Virus record (IMG/VR): IMGVR_UViG_3300031673_008942
Location: 32,001-96,000 of that record
Reading direction: 5' to 3' (one strand)
DNA: 64,000 nucleotides
Source of the DNA: a virus
Translations under genes and position numbers: made by a program
Part shown: piece by piece, positions 38,548-46,435 of the stretch
Layout: each line of letters begins with the position of its first letter
How positions within the stretch are numbered: the stretch's first letter is position 1
The notes under the pieces: generated by a model
What the model was told of the DNA's origin: nothing
What the model saw: only the letters and a program-made list of their open reading frames with translations
Databases searched by the model: none

Positions 38548-39597
38548 ATGTCAGTACTTGACAAAATTGCGAAGTTGAAAGAACGGGCTCCCAAGAGGAA
38601 CAATTCTAGAATGAGCGGTATTTTCCATGATTATGAAGATGGGGATAATATCCTCCGATTAGTGGGAAATTTTGTAGAGGTTAGCACCCATTTTATTGCT
38701 CCGGTACCTAAGCGGAAGGAGCGTGGACTGTGTCAGGAAGATGCTTTTCAGGGTGACAATAAGATTCCAAAAGTAATCAATTGTCTTGATTGGGATTTGG
38801 AGAAGGAAGAAAAGCGTAAGGTTAAGGTTTGCCCTATTTGCAAACTTAATAAAATTTCTTACAAGATAATGGATGAAATAGAAGAAGAAGTTGGTGGTAA
38901 GGATAAGCTAGATGATATTGACAATGCAGAGCTTAAAAAGCAGTATGATAATTATAAGGCTTTGGCTTCTCTTGCTCGTGCTCGTACATATTTGAAGTGG
39001 AACGTTATCGACCGTGATAATCCAGAGATTAAGATAACATCCGAGGATGGGAAGGAAGAGAAAAAGCTTGGTTTGAAGATTGCAACAGTTGGCTCTGAAG
39101 CTTGGGGGGATATTGAAGGCATTTTTGACCAATGTGGTATCGACATTACTGACCCTGATGATGGTATTGATATTTGTGTCAAGAAAGGGCATAACGGTGC
39201 TCGTGTAGCTTACAGTGCTCAGGCTGTGATTGAAGGAACTGGCTTGAAGACTACTCCTTTTACGGCTGAGGAGAGGGCGTTGGAAGAGCATAATATTTTA
39301 GCCATTTGTGGCAAGCAGACTGATGCTGGTTTGGTTCTTGATGGGCTTCATGGTGATTACCGTGAGCTTTTGGACCTTAATGATGAGGGGGCTGAAGTTG
39401 CTGAAGTTGCTGAAGTTGCTGAAGTTGCTGAAGTTGCTGAAGTTGCTGCTAAGGAAGAACCTAAAGTTGAGACTAAAGTTGAGGCTACTCCTAAGAAAGC
39501 TGTGGCTGAAAAGTCCAAGGAAGTTTCTGTTGATGACGTCGAAGAAGATGACGAATTCGATGACTTCCTTGATGGTGATGACGAAAAAAAAAATTAA
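38548..39597 (+). CDS. Single-stranded DNA-binding protein, T4 gp32-like, with acidic tail
   Basis: GDNILRLV, THF, C...CPIC, NVIDR, DITDPDDG.DI.VKK; acidic DDEFDDFL tail; GAGGT RBS. Confidence 0.75.
   Translation: MSVLDKIAKLKERAPKRNNSRMSGIFHDYEDGDNILRLVGNFVEVSTHFIAPVPKRKERGLCQEDAFQGDNKIPKVINCLDWDLEKEEKRKVKVCPICKLNKISYKIMDEIEEEVGGKDKLDDIDNAELKKQYDNYKALASLARARTYLKWNVIDRDNPEIKITSEDGKEEKKLGLKIATVGSEAWGDIEGIFDQCGIDITDPDDGIDICVKKGHNGARVAYSAQAVIEGTGLKTTPFTAEERALEEHNILAICGKQTDAGLVLDGLHGDYRELLDLNDEGAEVAEVAEVAEVAEVAEVAAKEEPKVETKVEATPKKAVAEKSKEVSVDDVEEDDEFDDFLDGDDEKKN
39391..39444 (+). repeat. Perfect coding 9-bp repeat GCTGAAGTT x6 (Ala-Glu-Val)
   Basis: Directly visible. Confidence 0.9.
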
Positions 39598-39677
39598 CTC
39601 AACAGCCTAAGTCTAGGGTGGAGGTTCCGAAGAAAGAAGTATCGGAGCCTCTACCCAGGGCTGACGTTTCTGTTGAG
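39584..39677 (+). promoter_or_regulatory. Probable -1 programmed ribosomal frameshift cassette (A10 slippery tract + downstream stem-loop)
   Basis: GAA AAA AAA AAT TAA; CTCAACAG 39598-39605 pairs with CTGTTGAG 39670-39677; inner 15-bp stem 39616-39630 / 39642-39656. Confidence 0.7.
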
Positions 39678-39833
39678 CTTCCTGAGAATCAAGAAAAGTC
39701 CGAATTCAACTGGGAAAATGTTAATCCTGCTGAAGACTGGCCATGTTGGACTGAGTATGATTCCTCTGATTCCGAGTGTAAGGAGTGCCCTTTCAAGGCA
39801 GATTGTTCCAAAGAGGCTGGTGTTCCACTTTAA
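39585..39833 (+). CDS. -1 frame extension of the SSB (Cys4 domain); the ORF track starts it at GTG 39618
   Basis: Frame is open from the A tract: KKKLTQQPKSRVEVPKKE...WPCWTEYDSSDSECKECPFKADC. Confidence 0.65.
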   Translation, partial: KKKLTQQPKSRVEVPKKEVSEPLPRADVSVELPENQEKSEFNWENVNPAEDWPCWTEYDSSDSECKECPFKADCSKEAGVPL

Positions 39834-39851
39834 TGTATTTGGAGGTTTAAG

Positions 39852-41084
39852 ATGGCAAAAAAAGAATTAAAAAAATTAACTCGTGAAGAACGCATTCAGA
39901 AGATTTGTGAAACTGTCAATAAGGGTCAGTTTGGGGGTGAGAATAAAGATGCGGTAACTTACTTGGGTTCCAGGGAAGTTAAGAAGATTGGTCGTTTTTG
40001 TACCGGGTCTCCAGATTTGGATGCTGCCCTTGGGGGCGGTCTTCCTGTGGGTAGGTTTATTGAATTATTTGGAGCAGAATCTTCAGGTAAGACCACCTTG
40101 TGTTATCACATCATGAAAGAATTTCAAAAAGCTTATCCTGAGGATGAGATTGCTTTGATTGATAGTGAATATGCCTTTGATGAGGTGTATGCTGAGCAGA
40201 TAGGGTTAAATACAAAATATCTTATTGTTAATCAGCCCGAACATGGTGAGCAGGCGATGAATGTAATGGGGCAGTTGATAACTTTAGGGACTCGGCTGAT
40301 TATTGTTGATTCTGTAGCAGGTTTAACAACTAAGGCCGAGATGGAAGGGGAGTATGGGGCTTCTCATGTCGCTCAATTGGCTCGATTGATGAGCAATTCG
40401 TTAAAGAAATTGGCGCAAGCGGCTGGAAGAACCGAGACCACAATCATTTTTACCAATCAGATGCGTGACAAGATTGGGGTGACTTATGGAGACAAGAGTA
40501 CGACTCCAGGGGGTAATGCTTTAAAGTTCTATGCTAGTGTTCGAATTAATCTTAGAAGGATGGATTCCGAGACTGAGACTGTTAATGGGCAAAAGGTTCG
40601 TATTAGTAATAGAGTTCGGGCTGAGGTTAAAAAGAACAAGACTGCTCCTCCATTTCGTAGTGCCGATTTTCATATTACTTTTGGTATTGGGATTGATGAG
40701 GTTGGTGCCTTTTTTACATCAGCTATTACAAAGGGAATTATTGACAAGAAAGGTGCTTGGTTTAGCTACGATGGAGAGAATCTTGGACAAGGTCAGGTTG
40801 CTTCAATTGAGGCTGTTAGGAATAACGAGATTCTGTGGGAGTCAATAAAAAATGCGGTCTTGTCTTGCACTGACGAGGAAGCGGAAACGGAAACGGAAAC
40901 GGAAACGGAAACGGAAGAGCCTGAATCTCCTGAGGAAAAGCCAAAGGCTCCTATTAAGAAACCATCTATTTCTAAGTCTAAGGAAGGAACCAAGGCCAGC
41001 GATTCTGTTGTTGAGAAAGTAGCAGTAGAGGATGATGACTTTGATGACCTTCTAGATGATGATGTCGAGGTTGATGATGTCTAA
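39852..41084 (+). CDS. recA: RecA recombinase with acidic low-complexity C-terminus
   Basis: TGS..LDAALGGGLP.GR, GAESSGKTT, IIVDSVA, IFTNQMR, TTPGGNALKFYAS, KNKTAPPF. Confidence 0.96.
   Translation: MAKKELKKLTREERIQKICETVNKGQFGGENKDAVTYLGSREVKKIGRFCTGSPDLDAALGGGLPVGRFIELFGAESSGKTTLCYHIMKEFQKAYPEDEIALIDSEYAFDEVYAEQIGLNTKYLIVNQPEHGEQAMNVMGQLITLGTRLIIVDSVAGLTTKAEMEGEYGASHVAQLARLMSNSLKKLAQAAGRTETTIIFTNQMRDKIGVTYGDKSTTPGGNALKFYASVRINLRRMDSETETVNGQKVRISNRVRAEVKKNKTAPPFRSADFHITFGIGIDEVGAFFTSAITKGIIDKKGAWFSYDGENLGQGQVASIEAVRNNEILWESIKNAVLSCTDEEAETETETETETEEPESPEEKPKAPIKKPSISKSKEGTKASDSVVEKVAVEDDDFDDLLDDDVEVDDV
40884..40913 (+). repeat. Coding hexamer repeat GAAACG x5 (Glu-Thr)
   Basis: Directly visible. 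Confidence 0.9.
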
Positions 41085-42024
41085 ACCTCCCAAGTTATTA
41101 TTAATTGACGGTAGTAACCTTTGTTTTAGAGAGTTCTTTTCTAAAAAGAATCTTTCCCATAAGGGTAAGTCTGTGGATGTCCTTTTTGGTACATTTAAGA
41201 GCCTTATAAGCTATCACAAAGAATGGGAAGATTACTTTCGAGTGATAGCGTGGGAGGGAGGGTATGCCAGGAGACTGGAAGAATCTGAGCTTGCCAAAGA
41301 GAAGGGTATTGTCCCAGAGTCTTATAAGGAGAATAGGAGAAAGGCAGCGGAGGAAAGGACAGATGATGAGCTTGAGTCGCTTTTTGAGCAAATGGACCAA
41401 TTAAAAGAAGATGCCTTCCCTTTGACCAATATTCTTCAGGCGAGAGTTAGGGGGTATGAGGCAGATGATGTTATTTATACTTATGCGAAGTGGGCTGAAA
41501 AGCGTGGAGGGGAGGCCATTATTATAAGTAGTGATAAGGATTTTTTTCAATGTCTTAGCCCTAATGTAAAAGTATATGATGCTCGAACGAAAGAGATGTG
41601 GACAGAAGAGCGTTTTGAATTGGATTTTGGATTTTCACCCAAGTTGTGGGTTGAGGTTGGTGCCATTGAAGGGGAGATAGGGCCATCTAAGGATAATATT
41701 TTTGGAGTTGATGGGTGGGGGATAAAGACGGCTGTTAAATACATGAGCGAGCATGGGAGCATTGAGGGAATAGAAAATGCATTGAATGCCTTAGAGCCCC
41801 ACATCGAGGGAAAGACTAGGAAGGGGCATCGTAAGAAGCGTGAGGAAGTTTTTATAAAAAGCAAAGAACGTCTAAGGCTGGCAAGGTCGTTAAAGCAGAT
41901 GGATATCGCACCTGGAGTACCCAAATTGCGAATTTCTCATAACACAGATGAGGATGCCCTGAAGAAGTTTTTTCTTCAATACGGTTTTGCAAGTTTGTTG
42001 AAGGAAGCATGGAGGCTTGTGTGA
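41077..42024 (+). CDS. 5'-3' exonuclease / flap endonuclease (PolI N-terminal, T4 RNase H-like)
   Basis: LLIDGSN, YKENR, YEADDVI, SSDKDF, DNIFGVDGWGIKTA. Confidence 0.92.
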   Translation: MSKPPKLLLIDGSNLCFREFFSKKNLSHKGKSVDVLFGTFKSLISYHKEWEDYFRVIAWEGGYARRLEESELAKEKGIVPESYKENRRKAAEERTDDELESLFEQMDQLKEDAFPLTNILQARVRGYEADDVIYTYAKWAEKRGGEAIIISSDKDFFQCLSPNVKVYDARTKEMWTEERFELDFGFSPKLWVEVGAIEGEIGPSKDNIFGVDGWGIKTAVKYMSEHGSIEGIENALNALEPHIEGKTRKGHRKKREEVFIKSKERLRLARSLKQMDIAPGVPKLRISHNTDEDALKKFFLQYGFASLLKEAWRLV

Positions 42025-42617
42025 ATTCTAAGTATATCTCTCTGAAAAGAGATGCAACAATTATTCGGGTCGAGGATGGTGGATATAGCTTAGAATTGGG
42101 AGAAATGAATCCTGTGATTGTGGATGAGTTTTCTGAAGAGGTTTTAGAAAGGGAATTGCATCCGGTAATTTGGGAACCATTCGCGGGACATACTGGTGAG
42201 AGCAATGCTCAAAATATGGCTGAAGATGTAGGGGTTCGTTTAATTAGTTATGATTTGGAGCCTTCCGATAATAGAGTTTTGTGTCGGGATAGTACCGAGA
42301 TTGGCCCAGAGCAGCTTTGTGGAGGGGTTATCTTTCACCCTCCTTATTTTGGTTCGGTGTTTTCAGAAAAGGATGGAGAAGTTTCTCGAAATTATGATAA
42401 GTATGAATACATAAAGAAGTTGGGTAAGACTGTTAATTTTTGTAGAGAATATCTTCAAAAAGGTGGATTAGTCTGCGCAGTCGCTCGTGATTATAGAAAT
42501 CATGGTAAGCGTATAAGATTGGATGAGTGGTTTTTGGAGTTGTTTGAGAATAAGTCTTTTAATTTGGTGGATGTATGGCTGAGTGAGCCAGATGTTGTAT
42601 TAATATTGGAGAAATAA
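42009..42617 (+). CDS. Compact amino-(N6A/N4C)-methyltransferase-fold protein
   Basis: WEPFAG (motif I-like) followed by FHPPY (motif IV-like); likely start GTG 42021. Confidence 0.6.
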   Translation: MEACVNSKYISLKRDATIIRVEDGGYSLELGEMNPVIVDEFSEEVLERELHPVIWEPFAGHTGESNAQNMAEDVGVRLISYDLEPSDNRVLCRDSTEIGPEQLCGGVIFHPPYFGSVFSEKDGEVSRNYDKYEYIKKLGKTVNFCREYLQKGGLVCAVARDYRNHGKRIRLDEWFLELFENKSFNLVDVWLSEPDVVLILEK

Positions 42618-43165
42618 TGGGTTATAGGATTGGAATATTTGGATGCGCAGGAACGGGTAAGTCAACGGTAGGCGAGGCATTGGCTACAAAACTCGATATT
42701 CCTTTTTATGCTTCGAAGGATATTACTAAAGAAATATTAGAGAGAGATGGTTATGATTATGGGGGAGGCATCCAGGTTGAGAAGTTTTTAGCAGCCGGAG
42801 GACGCCAAATTGAGATTATGGAGAGAACATTGGAAGTTCAAGAGGCTGATAAGGATTGGATTACTGATAGAACATTATTGGATTTGGCATCTTATGCGGT
42901 ATTGGAGTTGGCTTATAGCGACACTAAGCTTTTGAGGAAGATATATGATAGGTGTGAGCAAAATATTGGGATTTATACCCATTTATTTTTGGCACCTTGG
43001 ACGGATGTGACGCCTAATCAAAATCAGAAGCGGACGTTGAATCCATGGTATCAATTTCAAATACATTCAATGGTGGTTTCTTTAGTTCGCCAGTGGGGTG
43101 TGGAATGTCATGTATTGGAAGAAGATGGTGAGAAGCGAGTTCAGGAAGTCGTTGCTTTTCTGTAA
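42617..43165 (+). CDS. P-loop nucleotide kinase / AAA_28-like ATPase
   Basis: GCAGTGKST, ITDRT.LD. Confidence 0.7.
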   Translation: MGYRIGIFGCAGTGKSTVGEALATKLDIPFYASKDITKEILERDGYDYGGGIQVEKFLAAGGRQIEIMERTLEVQEADKDWITDRTLLDLASYAVLELAYSDTKLLRKIYDRCEQNIGIYTHLFLAPWTDVTPNQNQKRTLNPWYQFQIHSMVVSLVRQWGVECHVLEEDGEKRVQEVVAFL

Positions 43166-43222
43166 TCCAAGATTTTAACAATTTATTTATAATTTTCCCC
43201 TTGATATAGGAGGAAAATATTT

Positions 43223-43621
43223 GTGTTTGATAAAACTGGAAATTTACCTTTGCGGTCTCGTAGAGATTATGCCAAAGAAGACCAGACCAATAAGCCGCAA
43301 GACTATACACAAGAAGAACTTATGGAAAAGGCAAAAGAGACCACTGGGGTAGTCCCCGCAGGTTGGCGGCTTCCTCAGGGGGATATTATGGCTTCAAATG
43401 ATTACTTAAACACTCCTCCTACTAAGTTAAATAGAGACATTAAAAAGACCAAAAATAAGCATGAGAAGGCGGAAATGGAAGAAGCCTTGGATGCTTGGAG
43501 GACGGTAGTCCCAGGTCCATTTATTAAATCAAGTGAGGCTAATGTAAGGCAGGCTTATGAGCTTGTGGCATTGGCGAAGAGTATTATTGCCAATGAGCAT
43601 AATTTTAATGTAGGAGTATGA
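43223..43621 (+). CDS. Hypothetical protein with the amphipathic peptide at its C-terminus
   Basis: GTG start with AGGAGG RBS; ends VRQAYELVALAKSIIANE. Confidence 0.65.
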   Translation: MFDKTGNLPLRSRRDYAKEDQTNKPQDYTQEELMEKAKETTGVVPAGWRLPQGDIMASNDYLNTPPTKLNRDIKKTKNKHEKAEMEEALDAWRTVVPGPFIKSSEANVRQAYELVALAKSIIANEHNFNVGV

Positions 43622-43622
43622 A

Positions 43623-44891
43623 ATGAGTGATGATAAAAACTTGCCTCGTAGTCAATGGGCTACCTCTAAACCAGGAACTGAATCTGAGCCTGTAGTTGAG
43701 CCTGTAGTTGAGCCTGTAGTTGAGCCTGTAGTTGAAGATATTATTAATGATAGTGGGATGGATGATTTTATGATTGATATGCCAGATATCCCTGAGATTG
43801 ATGATTCATCTGAGCCAACTGGAATCGTTGAAGATGAGTGTGATACTGCTTTTGATTTTTGTTTTATTGGAACAGGGCAGGGTGGTAGCCGTGTTGCTGA
43901 ATCTTTCTGGAAGTTAGGGTATCGTCGAGTTTGCTGTATCAATACAACAAATCAAGACCTTACTGCTATTGATATCCCGGAAGCTAATAAACTTGTTATT
44001 GGTGATGGGGGAGCTGGTAAGGAAATGGCAAAAGGCGAAGAAGCTGCAAGGACAAATTATGAGAATATTTATGATTTGATGAAACGCTGTTTCGGAAAGA
44101 AGTTTGATAGGATTTTTGTTTGTATCGGGGCTGGTGGTGGGACTGGCAGCGGAACAGGTGATACAGTTATCAATATTGCTCATGATATAGCTCAGTCTTC
44201 CAAGATAGAGGAAGAAGGTGGAACATCAGCGGTTGGGGTGATTGCCTCGCTTCCAAAGACTGCTGAAGGAGTAAAGGTTAATGCAAATGCTCACGTTGTT
44301 ATGGAGAGTTTATTTGCTCAAGCTGATGCAAAGACTATCAGTCCATTGGTTATCTTGGATAATGAGAAGATTGGAGAGGTTTTCCCGAATGTGACTGTTA
44401 ATAAGTTTTGGGATGTGGCTAACCGTAATTTGGCTAGTTTGTTTAATCTGTTTAATACGATTGCAACTAAGGATAGTCCTTATACTACTTTTGATAGAGC
44501 AGACCTGAAAGATATATTGGATGGAGGCACTTTAAGTTTTGGAGCTTGTCCAATCAAGCAGTGGCAGAAGCTAACGGATATTAGTTTTTCTATTCGTGAT
44601 AACCTGACCAGAAATGTTTTGGTTGCTGGTTTTGATTTTAAGAAGGCTCAAAAAGCTGCTTGTGTTTTTATTGGTCATCCAGATGTGTTGGGCAATATCC
44701 CTCAAAATTTCTTAGAACATGGTTTTGAAATGCTTTCCCGTACAATGGCTGATGACAGTGTTGTTCATCGTGGTATTTACCCCGGTGGTAGAGAAGGGAT
44801 TGTTGTATATACGATGATGGGAGGCTTAGGTCGTCCTGAGGAACGGATGAGCGAGATTGCTAAAATAGGCAGAATTAATTCAGGAGAATAA
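43623..44891 (+). CDS. Tubulin/FtsZ-superfamily GTPase (PhuZ/TubZ/CetZ-like)
   Basis: FIGTGQGGSRV, INT, GAGK, signature GAGGGTGSG, LDNEK, FDRADL. Confidence 0.9.
   Translation: MSDDKNLPRSQWATSKPGTESEPVVEPVVEPVVEPVVEDIINDSGMDDFMIDMPDIPEIDDSSEPTGIVEDECDTAFDFCFIGTGQGGSRVAESFWKLGYRRVCCINTTNQDLTAIDIPEANKLVIGDGGAGKEMAKGEEAARTNYENIYDLMKRCFGKKFDRIFVCIGAGGGTGSGTGDTVINIAHDIAQSSKIEEEGGTSAVGVIASLPKTAEGVKVNANAHVVMESLFAQADAKTISPLVILDNEKIGEVFPNVTVNKFWDVANRNLASLFNLFNTIATKDSPYTTFDRADLKDILDGGTLSFGACPIKQWQKLTDISFSIRDNLTRNVLVAGFDFKKAQKAACVFIGHPDVLGNIPQNFLEHGFEMLSRTMADDSVVHRGIYPGGREGIVVYTMMGGLGRPEERMSEIAKIGRINSGE
43686..43733 (+). repeat. Perfect coding 12-bp repeat GAGCCTGTAGTT x4 (EPVV)
   Basis: Directly visible. 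Confidence 0.9.
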
Positions 44892-44893
44892 TT

Positions 44894-45154
44894 ATGGGTA
44901 CTTATAGACCAAACGTTACAGATAAAGAACAAGCTGATATAGAAGCAGCAGCGGATGATTCTGCGATTCGTCTTCAGTGGTTTAATGGCAAGAAAGTGCA
45001 AGAGGGTGAAACCAAGCTTATTAAGGCTTACGATAATCAAAATTCCACTAATGATAATGGAAGCCCGAATGACACTGTAAAATCATTAAATGGCAGTACT
45101 ATTGGAAGTCATAATGATAATATTAGTAGTTTTGCGACTCCTGGTAAGGCTTAG
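44894..45154 (+). CDS. Hypothetical protein
   Basis: AGGAG RBS, 86 aa. Confidence 0.6.
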   Translation: MGTYRPNVTDKEQADIEAAADDSAIRLQWFNGKKVQEGETKLIKAYDNQNSTNDNGSPNDTVKSLNGSTIGSHNDNISSFATPGKA

Positions 45155-45218
45155 TTTTTCATAAAAGCGAATACGCATTATCTCTTTCCCGTATATAATG
45201 GGGTAAAGGAGATGATTT

Positions 45219-45419
45219 ATGGATTTTGATACTGCGTGCCAAACTGAGATACCTTTTGGTAAATATTCTGGAAAGAATTTGTGGGATATTCTTCAAAAAG
45301 ACCCCAAATATGTAGATTATATGTGTGGAATGAGTCTTTATGGAAAATTTAAAGAGGCGTTGGATGTTTTTGTTAAGAATTCAGATGTTTCTCGCAAAAT
45401 AGACTTGGCTCTTGATTGA
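45219..45419 (+). CDS. Small PFGKY-motif protein (DUF3820 / ExoX C-terminal-like)
   Basis: IPFGKYSGK.L..I...DP.Y; AAGGAG RBS. Confidence 0.7.
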   Translation: MDFDTACQTEIPFGKYSGKNLWDILQKDPKYVDYMCGMSLYGKFKEALDVFVKNSDVSRKIDLALD

Positions 45420-46336
45420 TGGGTAGATTCATTTTTTATACAGACCCCCAACTTTCGGGGCAGACTCCGTCCCATCGAGTTGATAACTATCCTCAGGCCT
45501 TGGTGAACAAGATAGCTGAGATATATCAAGCAGCGGTGGATGAGAAGTGTGATTATCTTATTTGTGGTGGTGATTTCTTCAATTCTCATCGTATTTACAG
45601 CTATGAATTATTCAATGCATTGAAGGATATTATTGATGGGGTAGATATTCCCACTTATATGATTATCGGACAGCATGATTTGTTTGGGTATAATAAGGGA
45701 ACTTATAAGAGCAGTGCATTGGCGTTTGCAGTTAAGCATTGGGTCAATATGAATATTATTTGGGAGCCAGTTGATTTAGGCGATGTGGTATTGCATGCGA
45801 GTCATGTTTGGGAAGACCCTTACGAGAGTAAGGAAAGAGAAGTGGATGAGAGTAAGTTTAATATTTTGGTTGCCCATCATTTATTTACTGACCAAGATTT
45901 CTTTTTTGAGGTGGTGAAGACATTTGAGTATGCTCCTTCTCCTTACAATTTGGTTCTTACGGGAGACTTGCACACGGGTTATGCTCCTCATGAGGTTGAA
46001 GGGACTTGGTTTGTTAACCCTGGGGCTGTGGCTCGACAGGCAATTAATGAAACCAAACGTATTCCAAAGTATGCTGTGATTGATGTGGTGAGTTCATCAG
46101 AGTGTAAGATAAAGGAAGTTATCATCAAATGTGTTACATCTGGCGATGAGGCGTTTGGCGAGACCATTGCGGAGATTGCCAGGGCGCATGATGGATTTGA
46201 CCCGACCAAATTTATTGAGAATATTGAAAAGTTTGAGATGGAATCTGTTGATGTCCATGAGCTTGTGCAGAACGTTGGCCGTAGTGAAGGGATTGAAAAG
46301 GATGTTTTGGATTATTTATTTGAAAAAAAATCGTGA
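45416..46336 (+). CDS. sbcD: Mre11/SbcD-like metallophosphoesterase nuclease
   Basis: TDPQ, GGDFF, GQHD, AHH, TGDLH, NPGAVAR. Confidence 0.8.
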   Translation: MMGRFIFYTDPQLSGQTPSHRVDNYPQALVNKIAEIYQAAVDEKCDYLICGGDFFNSHRIYSYELFNALKDIIDGVDIPTYMIIGQHDLFGYNKGTYKSSALAFAVKHWVNMNIIWEPVDLGDVVLHASHVWEDPYESKEREVDESKFNILVAHHLFTDQDFFFEVVKTFEYAPSPYNLVLTGDLHTGYAPHEVEGTWFVNPGAVARQAINETKRIPKYAVIDVVSSSECKIKEVIIKCVTSGDEAFGETIAEIARAHDGFDPTKFIENIEKFEMESVDVHELVQNVGRSEGIEKDVLDYLFEKKS

Positions 46337-46353
46337 AAAATTTTCAAAAGTTT

Positions 46354-46382
46354 TTCACAAACATGCTTTGATTAGGTATAAT
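46354..46382 (+). promoter_or_regulatory. Sigma70-like promoter TTCACA-N17-TATAAT upstream of the ParB-like gene
   Basis: Near-consensus hexamers with 17-nt spacing in an intergenic gap; the -35 overlaps inverted repeat GTGAAAAA...TTTTTCAC. Confidence 0.6.
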
Positions 46383-46435
46383 GATTCATTGATTAGATTG
46401 ACTAAACAAAAATGAACAACTGAAGGAGTTCAAAG

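Noticed and set aside
46322-46336. A8 run at the end of sbcD as a second frameshift site
   Set aside because: No substantial downstream ORF to join and no strong GC-rich stimulatory stem; the region is better explained as a promoter
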